A stretch of DNA of 64,000 nt from a virus. The stretch lies in IMG/VR virus record IMGVR_UViG_3300023202_000068, positions 1 through 64,000 of that record; one strand, given 5' to 3'. The notes beneath the pieces were generated by a model, which worked only from the letters and a program-made list of their open reading frames with translations, had not been told where the DNA came from and ran no database searches. The translations under genes and the position numbers were made by a program. Shown here one piece after another: positions 45,793 to 55,332 of the stretch (position 1 is its first letter; each line of letters opens with the position of its first letter).

Positions 45793-46131
45793 ATGGCTTT
45801 ACTAAATATAGACAGAAATTCACTCACTTTACAGGTTAAAGTAGGGGTTTTAGAGACATATAAACCGGATGAAGATATTGAGCACATTCACAAGGAAGTG
45901 GAAAAACTTAGAGATAAGTTTCAAAAAAACATGAAGCGCATTATTGGTAAAGGAAATCCTGCAGAGCTTCAGCAAGTTTTAAACACAGACGAGAAAAAGC
46001 TTAATAGGTGGACGACATACATAGAGAATACTTTTAGTAAACAGCTAAAAGAAATTCAACTAAGAATTGTTGATAAAAATAAGAAAATCTGTGGAAACTT
46101 TGAAGAAGCAGTTTTAAGCAAAGAAAAGTAG
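45793..46131 (+). CDS. hypothetical late protein
   Basis: GAGG RBS; late motif upstream. Confidence 0.6.
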   Translation: MALLNIDRNSLTLQVKVGVLETYKPDEDIEHIHKEVEKLRDKFQKNMKRIIGKGNPAELQQVLNTDEKKLNRWTTYIENTFSKQLKEIQLRIVDKNKKICGNFEEAVLSKEK

Positions 46132-46157
46132 CACGAATACCATAAGGGAGGGTACAA

Positions 46158-47300
46158 GTGAACGATTTTGGGTTACTCATATCGCAGTATAATGCAGCAT
46201 TACCTACACTGACTGACGGTCAATATAGTGAACTGCAATTAGACTCACTAGGTCGCTTAGTTATTAGCGGTCGGTATCTTGAAGATGCCGCGCACACCAC
46301 GGGTGATGCTGGTCTCTTTATGTTGGCAGTTCGTAATGATACGGAAGGCTCTCTTGTTGACACTAATGGGGACTATGCTCCGTTACAAGTTGACAATCTA
46401 GGTCGATTACGTGTTATTACAGACATTGATAATGTTAATATTGACTTTAACTCAGAAAAAGCTGAAGACAGTGCTCACCAAGACGGTGATATCGGTTCTT
46501 TTATGCTTGCTGTTCGTCGTGACACACGACCAACAGATGCAGCAGTTTCAGCCGATGGTGATTACGCAGCATTCAGTGTAAACGCAAGTGGTGAACTTTA
46601 TGTAAAAGACACTGATGCACTTACTGAGTTGCAAGGTATTGGTACTACATTAGATAGTATAGATACAGCAATTGGAAATGTTGAAACAGATATTGGAAAT
46701 ATCGATAGTAATATCGGAACTATCAATGCTAACATTTCTGCATTAACCAAAGACGAAGATGCCCCTCACTCAAGCGGTGATTCTGGTATTATGGCTTTGG
46801 CTATTAGAAACGATAGTGATGTAGACCTTACAAATGCTGACCTAGATTATTCAGGTATTGCAGTTGACAGTGTAGGTCGTGTAAAAGTTGTTGGTAGCCT
46901 TACTTTTGAAGCTTTGGGTACAGAAACTTTTACAGTTACTGATGCACTTGCTGCTGGTGGTGACGGTCTTGAAACTATTACAGCCGCTGCTACACCTTGG
47001 ATTACAGTTGCTTCTGTTTCTGTTGCCAACGGCGAACTTGCATATGTATACGGATGGCAATGGGCTTGTGATCAAAACGCTCAAGCAAGGCTTGTTACCA
47101 ATGACGGTGTAAACACAGTTTACTACAAAACCGACATTAATAGTTCTGCACAACCTGGTAAGGACGAGCATTGGGGTGAAGGTGGGAGAATTGAAATCCC
47201 AGGTGCCGCAAGCTTAGAGCTTCGACTTCAAATTAAGAAGAGAAGTGTGCCTGGCGGTAATGCACAGGGAACTGGCTCAATTCACTTAAGAGTTGCATAA
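46158..47300 (+). CDS. fibre-like structural protein with three EDxxHxxGDxG...LA[V/I]RxD repeats
   Basis: Internal repeats plus short coiled coil; GGGAGGG RBS before GTG. Confidence 0.7.
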   Translation: MNDFGLLISQYNAALPTLTDGQYSELQLDSLGRLVISGRYLEDAAHTTGDAGLFMLAVRNDTEGSLVDTNGDYAPLQVDNLGRLRVITDIDNVNIDFNSEKAEDSAHQDGDIGSFMLAVRRDTRPTDAAVSADGDYAAFSVNASGELYVKDTDALTELQGIGTTLDSIDTAIGNVETDIGNIDSNIGTINANISALTKDEDAPHSSGDSGIMALAIRNDSDVDLTNADLDYSGIAVDSVGRVKVVGSLTFEALGTETFTVTDALAAGGDGLETITAAATPWITVASVSVANGELAYVYGWQWACDQNAQARLVTNDGVNTVYYKTDINSSAQPGKDEHWGEGGRIEIPGAASLELRLQIKKRSVPGGNAQGTGSIHLRVA

Positions 47301-47303
47301 TCT

Positions 47304-47336
47304 AGTAGGAGAGTTAAGCTCTCCTACTGATTTTTT
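47304..47336 (+). terminator. intrinsic terminator
   Basis: AGTAGGAGAG-TTAAG-CTCTCCTACT plus T run. Confidence 0.8.
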
Positions 47337-47354
47337 ATATTAGTAGGAGAAGAC

Positions 47355-47738
47355 ATGGGTCTATTAGAAGAACGCGCTGAACTAATCAAAGACGGTAAGT
47401 TTAAGCTTTCATTTTTTAAAAAGTTTTATGAACAAATGCAGTGGACAAGGGTACCAAGACAACTTGGCCCTAAGCACCCTGCATTTTTTTATTATGGTAA
47501 ATACGAAGACAAGTTTAAAATTGTAAATATTCGTATTCGACCCACTATGTTTATGGTTGTTGAGGAAACAGTAAAAGGCTGTGACAAAAACGGCAATAAG
47601 CCTCCGACAAACTACAGAGGTCAAACATTTGAGTTTGGAACTACTGTTGAAGTAAAAATTGATGAAGCATTTCTTAAAAAAATAAAAGACCTGGCTCAAG
47701 CAGAAACAACAACTTCCATTCAAAAGGTTAGCTGGTAA
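47355..47738 (+). CDS. hypothetical protein
   Basis: AGGAG RBS. Confidence 0.65.
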   Translation: MGLLEERAELIKDGKFKLSFFKKFYEQMQWTRVPRQLGPKHPAFFYYGKYEDKFKIVNIRIRPTMFMVVEETVKGCDKNGNKPPTNYRGQTFEFGTTVEVKIDEAFLKKIKDLAQAETTTSIQKVSW

Positions 47739-48073
47739 TGGCTGATTTTCAAGACTTTGACTTAGAACTACAAAACCTAAAAGGTAGTGAGCCTGAAAAA
47801 TTTAAAGCTCAAATACCTACTGCTGGTGCTGCTGTAACACTTACACCAGCAACAGGTCGTCCTGTAACACTTGCGTTTATAGACGTACCAAGTCGTCGTG
47901 ACCCAGACAATCCAAACGGCATAAACGATGCTGTAAAATATAGCATTGATGGTGGAAACACGTTTCTAACCCTTCTTGCCGGTGAATCTATATACATACC
48001 AGGTACCTTTACTGACTTACAACTTGATACTAATGCGAACGGCACCTGGTATCAAGCAATTCTTTGGAGTTAA
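47738..48073 (+). CDS. small beta-rich virion protein
   Basis: Translationally coupled ORF in fibre cluster. Confidence 0.55.
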   Translation: MADFQDFDLELQNLKGSEPEKFKAQIPTAGAAVTLTPATGRPVTLAFIDVPSRRDPDNPNGINDAVKYSIDGGNTFLTLLAGESIYIPGTFTDLQLDTNANGTWYQAILWS

Positions 48074-48074
48074 C

Positions 48075-49982
48075 ATGCCTGGGTTTTGGAATGCAGTAAA
48101 ACAAAAAATACAAACGGCACTAGAAACACCCTTTGACAATACTGGGTCTAGTCTTGTTAGTGAAGATGCAGAGAGTGCTATTAAAGAGGTTAGTACAAAT
48201 ACTGCAACTTCTGCATCTCCAGGTTTTACCTGGGGTGACGTAGGTTCTGCTACTGCCGGTACGTTTCTTGAAAACGACAGTGTTCAATCTAGTAACTCTG
48301 GACGACTAGTTCCCTTTGACGGCTTTATTACTGATTTTTTTATAAATAATGAAAGGTCTCAGGGTACAAAAATAATGGAGATCTTAAGAAGAAGACCTGC
48401 CCAAACAGGTACTTACACTCCAATTTTTCAAACAACCTTGGGTCCAGGGACACGAGTTGTAAGAGTACCTGTAAATGTAGCAGTGCTAGAAGAAGACGAG
48501 CTTGCAATTAGAGTTCAACCTGGTTCCGATAGATTTCAAAACCCAGTAGTTGGTTTAATTCTTAAAAACAACTCTGGTTCTGGTGCTGTTGGTGGGGTTT
48601 TTTTACAGACTGAAGATGAAGGTAGTCAAATTGAGGCTACCACTACAAAGTATAACTTTACAGGTGCTGGTGTAAGTGCAGTTTCAGATGGTAATGGAAA
48701 TGTAACCGTTGATGTACCTGGTGGTGGAGCAGGCTCAGGAGAGGCCAATACAGCCTCTAATCGCGGAACAGGCGAAGCCTTATTTGCTGCAAAAAGCGGT
48801 GTTGATTTAGAATTTAAGTCTTTAGTAGCAGGGTCAAATGTATCCCTTTCTTCCAATGGAGATACTGTTACAATTAATTCAAGTGGAGGCGGAGGTGGTG
48901 GTTCCTTTGCTGCTGCAAGAGTTGAGGCAAACGCTAACCTCTTAGAGTCTACTAACATTGCGAGTGTTACAAACCCATCTACAGGAAATTACACAGTAAC
49001 ATTTACGAGTCCTGCTGCAAATGCTAACTATCCAATAACAATGGGTATAGAACAAAACGCAGGCACTGATGATTACTTTGTAAGTTATACAAATGTAACG
49101 GTAAACGGATTTGATGTACAAGTTAGAGAGCAAGACGATGGTGGAGGCGGTGGTACTGCTGTAAATTCCGGCTTTAGTATAGATATTCCAGATCTATCAC
49201 CAGGTGGTGGCGGTGGGGGTGAGACCAATACAGCCTCTAATGCTGGCTCTGCATCTGATGCTGATATTTTCAAACAAAAGACTGGCGTAGATTTAGAGTT
49301 TAGAAGACTTACGTCTGGTGCCAATATAAGTATTACACAAAACGCTGATGACATAGTAATAGCCGCATCAGGGAGTGCTGGGGAGGTAAATACAGGAGTA
49401 AATGTTGGTGGTGGGTCCGAGGTATTTAGAGACAAGACTGGAACTGCACTTAACTTTCGAACAATAGTTGGAACTGGTGATATTAATGTAACTACAAGTG
49501 GAAATACCATTGAAGTTGGAGGTACTTTTCCAGTAGTTGACGCAAATACAAACAGGGTCGCAGAAGCTGGAGACGTAGCAGGGGGACAGTCGGTTTCTAC
49601 TACAGGTTTTGCAAACTTGAGCTTTGATACTTTTGCAAGCTCTGCTGTAGCTACAGCATCTGCAACAGGAGTGGCAATTAATGTTACTGGGTTTTATGAA
49701 ATTTCCTATGACTACTCTGCAAGCGGTGATTCTAATTCTAGATCAGAATCACAAGCACGGTTGTTTTTAAATGGCACTACTGTCATTTCACTGTCATTAA
49801 GGCCAGTTTACCACAGAACAACCGCTCAAGGTGCTGGCTCTGCTACTGCAGTAAGGTATTTACAGCTTTCATCTGGAGACACGATATCTCTACAGGCTCA
49901 AAGATCTGCAGGCGGTGCTCCGATCACTACAGAGCCAAATGGAACTATTTTAAGGGTAAAGTATTTAAGGAGTAGTGTGTAA
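48075..49982 (+). CDS. tail fibre/spike protein with three GExNTxxNxG repeats and C1q/TNF-like tip
   Basis: GGAG RBS before ATG 48075; repeats and Gly hinges; C-terminal GFYEISY...LSSGDTISL jelly-roll pattern. Confidence 0.75.
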   Translation: MPGFWNAVKQKIQTALETPFDNTGSSLVSEDAESAIKEVSTNTATSASPGFTWGDVGSATAGTFLENDSVQSSNSGRLVPFDGFITDFFINNERSQGTKIMEILRRRPAQTGTYTPIFQTTLGPGTRVVRVPVNVAVLEEDELAIRVQPGSDRFQNPVVGLILKNNSGSGAVGGVFLQTEDEGSQIEATTTKYNFTGAGVSAVSDGNGNVTVDVPGGGAGSGEANTASNRGTGEALFAAKSGVDLEFKSLVAGSNVSLSSNGDTVTINSSGGGGGGSFAAARVEANANLLESTNIASVTNPSTGNYTVTFTSPAANANYPITMGIEQNAGTDDYFVSYTNVTVNGFDVQVREQDDGGGGGTAVNSGFSIDIPDLSPGGGGGGETNTASNAGSASDADIFKQKTGVDLEFRRLTSGANISITQNADDIVIAASGSAGEVNTGVNVGGGSEVFRDKTGTALNFRTIVGTGDINVTTSGNTIEVGGTFPVVDANTNRVAEAGDVAGGQSVSTTGFANLSFDTFASSAVATASATGVAINVTGFYEISYDYSASGDSNSRSESQARLFLNGTTVISLSLRPVYHRTTAQGAGSATAVRYLQLSSGDTISLQAQRSAGGAPITTEPNGTILRVKYLRSSV

Positions 49983-50800
49983 TGGCATTAATAATTAAAA
50001 ACACTACTAACACAGGAATATTTGTTCAAAAAACTGGTGATCTTATACCTTCACAAGATGAGCTTAGGATTGAACCTCAAAACTATGGTGATTACTCTAG
50101 TGCGGTTGAATTAGGAACGGATTCAGAAGACACTGACTTCACATCTGCTTTGCAAAGCGGTGATTTAGTTGTAAGCGATGGTGTAGAAGACTTTTCAGAA
50201 CCAGAGGGTATAAGGTATTTAAAAACACTAAGAAAAATAACAGTAAGTTTACAAAATACAATAGTAGAAAAAATTCTTTCTGGAATAGATTTTACTGGTT
50301 TAAATATAGACGTTACCACAAATAGCGGTCAAGTAACGGTAAACATTAACAGTGCGAGTAAAGTTTCTGGGGACCTCTACGTATTAAGTTTTAGTGAAAA
50401 CAGCACTACAAAAAATGAATATATTAATTCTGGTGTTGATGGTACAGGGTCAAACGAAACTCCCCATGTAATTCCTTTTCGCTCTAAGGTAATGGCGTAT
50501 ACATTTAGTAATTCAAATAGTGACTCAGATACTGATATTCAAATTTATAGTGTTGCTGAAAACAATGGAAATTCACCCACTACCCTAGAAGACACTTGGG
50601 TATTAAGAAACGCAAGAACTGCAAGAAAAACAAATTTTTTAAGCGACGTAATTTTTGAAGCAGGGGATAAGGTTACGGTTTACTTTAGAGATAGGGGCTC
50701 TAACCCAAGTGATGTTGTTTTTAAAATATACCTGAAAATTTTAGAAGAAAGTAGTGTAAACAATATTGAAACGTGGAGCGGAGACATCGAGCCAGAGTAA
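49982..50800 (+). CDS. fibre-associated structural protein
   Basis: Beta-rich; shares an IPF...FEAGD pattern with the fibre N-terminus. Confidence 0.55.
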   Translation: MALIIKNTTNTGIFVQKTGDLIPSQDELRIEPQNYGDYSSAVELGTDSEDTDFTSALQSGDLVVSDGVEDFSEPEGIRYLKTLRKITVSLQNTIVEKILSGIDFTGLNIDVTTNSGQVTVNINSASKVSGDLYVLSFSENSTTKNEYINSGVDGTGSNETPHVIPFRSKVMAYTFSNSNSDSDTDIQIYSVAENNGNSPTTLEDTWVLRNARTARKTNFLSDVIFEAGDKVTVYFRDRGSNPSDVVFKIYLKILEESSVNNIETWSGDIEPE

Positions 50801-50833
50801 TGATGATGATAATGATGATGACTAGGGGTTTTT

Positions 50834-51517
50834 ATGAGAATAATTAAGATTAAAAATGATTCAGGACAAGCTCAAACAATATCTGGCTCAGTTTTAGCCG
50901 ACCAAGATGTTATAAACTTTAACACGTACCGTGAGTTGGAAGATTTTAGAAATAACTCTAGCTATATTGAAATGGTTAGTAATCAAAATTTTATAGTCCA
51001 AAACGCTGAAGGCGATATATCATCAATATCCGAAGCTTTAGCGTGGCTATTTCAAGATAACCCAAGTGATGTTAAAATTATTGATCAAGTTTCATCTAGT
51101 GCATTTGCTTCAAAATCAATCGGTGAAAAAAGGCTTTTTAAACGAGTTCATGGTGTAAAGACTACCCTATCTGGAGATACTGTTGTAGATATTGTTATCC
51201 CATATAATGAGTGTAAAGTCGATAAGATAGAAATATTGTGGGCACCAAAAGGCCTGACTGTTGACTTTAAAGTTTACGACACTCCTGCTGGAACAATTAC
51301 GTCTACGCTGGCGGCGACTGGATACACAGCCATTCCAAACTTTATGTTAAATCAATTTGGTTTCGACGTTGGTGTGGCTGAGGGTGAATTTCGGGAAGAG
51401 TCGAAGTATGATGCAGATTTAATAAAAGATATGAAGCTAGAGCTAACGATAAAAAATCCTGCAAATTTAACCGACGAAGTGTGTGTCAACTTTACCTTGC
51501 ACGAGCTTAAACTATGA
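50834..51517 (+). CDS. fibre-associated structural protein
   Basis: ORF in tail operon. Confidence 0.55.
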   Translation: MRIIKIKNDSGQAQTISGSVLADQDVINFNTYRELEDFRNNSSYIEMVSNQNFIVQNAEGDISSISEALAWLFQDNPSDVKIIDQVSSSAFASKSIGEKRLFKRVHGVKTTLSGDTVVDIVIPYNECKVDKIEILWAPKGLTVDFKVYDTPAGTITSTLAATGYTAIPNFMLNQFGFDVGVAEGEFREESKYDADLIKDMKLELTIKNPANLTDEVCVNFTLHELKL

Positions 51518-52002
51518 AGGTCTCAGTAGATATCCTATTTAGTAAAAATGACAAGGTAGGTTCTAAACTGATTCAGTGGGGATCAAACCACCAGTATCCT
51601 CAAATAGAAAAGACACCAAGTCATGTTGCCGTCCTAATTAATAACAGGTGGGTTTTTGAATCAACTCTGTTTACAGGTATTAGAGTAATACCCTATAAGA
51701 AATGGCGTGAGATTAACACTGAGCTTTACAAATATCGACACTCAGAAATGGAATATAGCAAGGTTAAGTCTACATATAAAAAACTTCAAGATAAGAAGTA
51801 TGACTGGTCTGGAGTCTTATACTTAGGCATTATGCTTATGGCCAATAAGTTTTTTAAGAAGCCAATGCCTCAGACAAATAAATGGGAGGGTAAGGATCTT
51901 TACTTTTGTAGTGAAGCTGTGGCAACAATAATAGGCTTAAGTAATCATGCAATGAAAACACCTGTAGACGTGATGGTGTGGACTGATTACTTACTTAGAT
52001 AA
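51514..52002 (+). CDS. permuted papain-like NlpC/P60 (YiiX/YebB-like) hydrolase
   Basis: SHVAV...KYDW...YFCSE with His before Cys. Confidence 0.8.
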   Translation: MKVSVDILFSKNDKVGSKLIQWGSNHQYPQIEKTPSHVAVLINNRWVFESTLFTGIRVIPYKKWREINTELYKYRHSEMEYSKVKSTYKKLQDKKYDWSGVLYLGIMLMANKFFKKPMPQTNKWEGKDLYFCSEAVATIIGLSNHAMKTPVDVMVWTDYLLR

Positions 52003-52374
52003 CTGACCAGCTCCGTACACGGCAGCTCCTGTTGCCAATACACCCAATCCAAACCACAGCCACTTATTCTTCTCTGAGGCATTCTTGATATTATTAAGCC
52101 TTTTGTTTTGCTCAATACTTTCCTTCATCCAAAGATCTACTTGCTCATCTGATTTTTCAATCATCAAGTCCTTTAACTCAATTGTCTTTCTTAACTGAAC
52201 AATCTCACCTTCGGCGTCAGATAGGTTTTTTCGAGTTAAACCAAACTCTTTGTGACAATCGTTGTTGTACTGAAGCCTCTCAGAATCTAAACGTACAATT
52301 CCTGTTCTAGGATTGCACTCAGCAAAGACTAAAATAGGTTGAAAACTTAAAAGTATAGCTATTAAAAATTTCAT
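51991..52374 (-). CDS. signal peptide + coiled coil + C-terminal TM (spanin-like)
   Basis: MKFLIAILLSFQPILVFAEC; WLWFGLGVLATGAAVYGA. Confidence 0.5.
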   Translation of the reverse strand: MKFLIAILLSFQPILVFAECNPRTGIVRLDSERLQYNNDCHKEFGLTRKNLSDAEGEIVQLRKTIELKDLMIEKSDEQVDLWMKESIEQNKRLNNIKNASEKNKWLWFGLGVLATGAAVYGAGQLSK

Positions 52375-52376
52375 AT

Positions 52377-52688
52377 CTACTCCTTTAAGTGCCAGTCTTC
52401 ATCAACATCTTCTGTAGTTCGACTTTCTCTTTTTTCGCGCAAAGCGTCGGCTTTAGCCTTGGCTTCTTCAGCGTCTTTCTTAAACTTCAGACGTTCTTCT
52501 TCAAGCTTTGAGTGATCAGTCTTAGCTTCTTCAAGACTTTTATTAGCTTGATGAGCTTGGTATTCGATATACAATTTAATGCCGATAGCAAGTAAACCAA
52601 GGGGCAGGATTACTAGAAACAATAGTTTACCTAGTAAGCCCTTTGACCATAGTTCAGCAATGTTATTGACTATCTTCTCCATCTTCAA
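52377..52688 (-). CDS. N-terminal TM + coiled coil (inner-spanin-like)
   Basis: LLFLVILPLGLLAIGI followed by charged helix. Confidence 0.45.
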   Translation of the reverse strand: MKMEKIVNNIAELWSKGLLGKLLFLVILPLGLLAIGIKLYIEYQAHQANKSLEEAKTDHSKLEEERLKFKKDAEEAKAKADALREKRESRTTEDVDEDWHLKE

Positions 52689-53028
52689 TCTCCTCTGCAG
52701 GCTTCATTCTATCAATCCACTCTTGTGGACAATCGATTAGTTCAAAACCACCATTGTCAACAGCTTCATGAAAGTTGCTTTGTAGAGTGTGACCTTGAAT
52801 AGGAAAGATAACTACAAATCCGTCAATGTAGTAAGTTCCATCTACACTGAATAGTGAAGTTTCGTAGCCTACAACCTGAAACACAGCCATGTCTTGTTCG
52901 CTCAAGTAGCAAGTGCCAACAGTTGATTCTGCTTGATACACAGCCTTAGCCTTAATAAAACCTAACACGAGTGTTACGGCTAAAACTAAACCTAGGAGAA
53001 CTATAGAGCCTTCTTTAAGCTTTTTCAT
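52663..53028 (-). CDS. membrane-anchored hypothetical protein
   Basis: N-terminal hydrophobic helix. Confidence 0.55.
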   Translation of the reverse strand: MKKLKEGSIVLLGLVLAVTLVLGFIKAKAVYQAESTVGTCYLSEQDMAVFQVVGYETSLFSVDGTYYIDGFVVIFPIQGHTLQSNFHEAVDNGGFELIDCPQEWIDRMKPAEEIEDGEDSQ

Positions 53029-53257
53029 TTATACCTACTTTCTTGTCTGGGTCAGTGCTTCTTCGTAAGACGTAGACCGCACCTAAAGCACCGATAGCTG
53101 CTGCATACTCACTACCAGTAAAAGGAGCGAGCGTTAGCCCACCGATTTCTACACCACTTAAAATTAATTTTGTATTTACAACAATAAAGCCAACAACAAA
53201 AGCCGTCATAGTAGCCGACTTCTTGCCAGAACTATCCTTCAGAAGTAGATTGTTCAT
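53015..53257 (-). CDS. putative holin (2 TM)
   Basis: 80 aa; DSSGKKS..T.AFVVGF, two hydrophobic helices, charged C-tail. Confidence 0.55.
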   Translation of the reverse strand: MNNLLLKDSSGKKSATMTAFVVGFIVVNTKLILSGVEIGGLTLAPFTGSEYAAAIGALGAVYVLRRSTDPDKKVGINEKA

Positions 53258-53747
53258 TTAACTTATTCTCCATTAGCTCTTGAAAATAATTCATACAAAT
53301 CATAGAGTGCATGTTGTGAGCTTCTTCAATCATGTCCTCGTTTTCTTCACCAAAGTTCTTCTTTGCCCAGTTTACAATATTTTCATTACGGTCAATCTTG
53401 AACTTACCTTCTACATATACCACAGAGTTTACAGTAATGCCTGAGTTTGGATCAAAATAATCTGTAATTACTTCATGAAAATCTTTCTTAGCATTTGGAA
53501 GCCAAGTCTTGTGCTCTTTCTTCTTAGCCTTGTGACCATCTTCGCTAACCAAGTCAGAAAGCACACGACGTTCTAGCCCTAATGCCTCTTCGTAGTCCAC
53601 GCCAAGCTGAACCAAGTCGTAGAATAAATCTCTTAAGTAACTCCTACGTTCTTTTTTCAAGTATAGCTGTGACCTGTCATTGTCAGGTCCAACAATACCA
53701 TTGAGCCAGCGATTGTAGACAAAATCTATATCAACTTCTTTACTCAT
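53232..53747 (-). CDS. hypothetical protein
   Basis: ORF overlapping neighbours. Confidence 0.6.
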   Translation of the reverse strand: MSKEVDIDFVYNRWLNGIVGPDNDRSQLYLKKERRSYLRDLFYDLVQLGVDYEEALGLERRVLSDLVSEDGHKAKKKEHKTWLPNAKKDFHEVITDYFDPNSGITVNSVVYVEGKFKIDRNENIVNWAKKNFGEENEDMIEEAHNMHSMICMNYFQELMENKLNEQSTSEG

Positions 53748-54324
53748 CTCTACCCTCTTCAGCTAATCGTCTCTTCCTAAGTTCCTTTACATACTCAACA
53801 TCTGCATCGACATTTGATGACTCTTCTTGTTTTTTAATCTCAGTGTAAAACTTTCTTATTCGTTTTGTTCTCACATCTGTAGCACGCATCTCACCAAGTT
53901 GTTCTGTAACAATCGAGGATACGAGTGGGTCAGTTATAACATACAGACCTGGTTGTCTACCAACTTGTTTTTCCTGAACCTTCCAAAAACCATCGTCTCT
54001 CATCTTTCTCATAAAGGTAGAGTAGGCCCTGCTGTGAATAGTATTAGTACCGTGGTTCTGATCTTCCTCTAGCAAAACCTCAAAAGCACGTCTGGATAAA
54101 CCGAAAGCGTCATTCTCTTGTGTAACAATTGCATTAACCAATGTAGCAAAATAATTATCGTAACCTCCACCTTTCTCCAAAAGCATGGTAATTAACTTAT
54201 TAGCACGAGAGTTTTCTATGTTCTCAAGCTTTGTGGTCCTGTAGAGCATGACGTGATCGTCATACCCAAAGTATCTGGCAGCAAATTCTCTTAACTCTTC
54301 ATCGTCTATCAACACGTCCTCCAT
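53740..54324 (-). CDS. hypothetical protein next to iteron-like repeats (possible origin-binding protein)
   Basis: Probable start MEDVL at 54324; the longer ORF-track start lies inside the repeats. Confidence 0.55.
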   Translation of the reverse strand: MEDVLIDDEELREFAARYFGYDDHVMLYRTTKLENIENSRANKLITMLLEKGGGYDNYFATLVNAIVTQENDAFGLSRRAFEVLLEEDQNHGTNTIHSRAYSTFMRKMRDDGFWKVQEKQVGRQPGLYVITDPLVSSIVTEQLGEMRATDVRTKRIRKFYTEIKKQEESSNVDADVEYVKELRKRRLAEEGRDE

Positions 54325-54351
54325 TGCTCTATTGGGGATAATACCACAGTT

Positions 54352-54507
54352 TACACCGCAAATACACCGCAAAAATTAAGAAAGTTAATAAACCTTGAGA
54401 TTACAAACACTTAAACCATTTTACACCGCAAATACACCGCAAATACACCGCAAATTGAATTTCGCTGCCCCTAGGTTAGGTTAGTATATAGGTTAGGTTA
54501 GGTTAGT
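54352..54507. repeat. five TACACCGCAAA direct repeats plus TAGGT pentamer arrays
   Basis: Copies at 54352, 54363, 54422, 54433, 54444; (TAGGT)n blocks 54472-54507. Confidence 0.95.
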
Positions 54508-54578
54508 AAAACAACCAAGCAGCTTTTTTTAAAGTAAAACCTTGTTTTGTGGTAAATAGAGAAGCAAAGGAGTTTGCT

Positions 54579-55091
54579 ATGCAAATTGAAGGAAGCGAAG
54601 CTAAGTTTGATGTCAACATTGTTGGAAACATTACAAAAGAGTCTTATCTTGGTAAGTTTAAGGTGAAGTGTTTATTGTCACCACTTGAAGAAATAGAAGC
54701 TGATAAAATTTACAGAGAGTTGCTAGGTAACAATTTTCAACTTGCTGAAGACCGTGTTAAACAAAAAGCCTTTGCATTAGCTCAACTTCAGGTTAGAGTA
54801 ATTGAAGAACCTCCTTTTTGGAAGCACGACATCATTGGTGGTGGTGACATTCCTGATGACAACGTGTTACTAGATGTGCTAGAATTAGCCATCACTGCTC
54901 AAGAAAAGTACATCAAGGGTAAGGAAGAGGAAATGAAGAGAAGGCAAGAGATGCTAACGCGAGCTGTACAGCGTGGTCAACTTAAGCCAGAGAGTGAACT
55001 TGACGAAGTAACAGAACAGGAGTTGGACAATGAACTTGAAGAACTTGAAAACAATCAACCTGAAGAGCCTACAGAAGGTGAAGTCGAGTAA
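54579..55091 (+). CDS. putative tail assembly chaperone
   Basis: GKFKVKCLLSPLEEIEAD...LLG pattern, acidic tail; AAGGAG RBS before ATG 54579. Confidence 0.45.
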   Translation: MQIEGSEAKFDVNIVGNITKESYLGKFKVKCLLSPLEEIEADKIYRELLGNNFQLAEDRVKQKAFALAQLQVRVIEEPPFWKHDIIGGGDIPDDNVLLDVLELAITAQEKYIKGKEEEMKRRQEMLTRAVQRGQLKPESELDEVTEQELDNELEELENNQPEEPTEGEVE

Positions 55092-55332
55092 TATCTCAAT
55101 GGTTGGTTACGACGACAATACAACCTATGTACAATTTACCAATGGTAACATATACAAATATCCAGACACAAGTCAAGAAGCTTTCGATTCCTTGGTAAAG
55201 GCTGAGAGTGTTGGACAACACTTTGGTAAAACATACAGACATCTTCAAAAATATGAAAAACTAGAAAACGTGGTGTTAAAGAGTGAAGAGAAGAAAGAAG
55301 AAAAGCAAGAAGCCGATAGCTCAAAGAGCTAA
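55030..55332 (+). CDS. KTSC-domain protein
   Basis: VKSSNISMVGYD...VQFTNGNIYKY...AESVGQHF. Confidence 0.85.
   Translation: MNLKNLKTINLKSLQKVKSSNISMVGYDDNTTYVQFTNGNIYKYPDTSQEAFDSLVKAESVGQHFGKTYRHLQKYEKLENVVLKSEEKKEEKQEADSSKS

Noticed and set aside
47976-48074. ORF-track extension of the fibre gene
   Set aside because: Overlaps the upstream gene; ATG 48075 has a GGAG RBS
50798-50822. (TGA)n/ATG microrepeat after a stop codon
   Set aside because: Short intergenic slippage tract with no supporting structure
54352-54454. 11-bp repeats as a CRISPR array
   Set aside because: Repeats are too short and tandem, with no unique spacers and no cas genes
54472-54507. TTAGG arrays as telomeric or eukaryotic contamination
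   Set aside because: Only five or six units, embedded in continuous phage sequence
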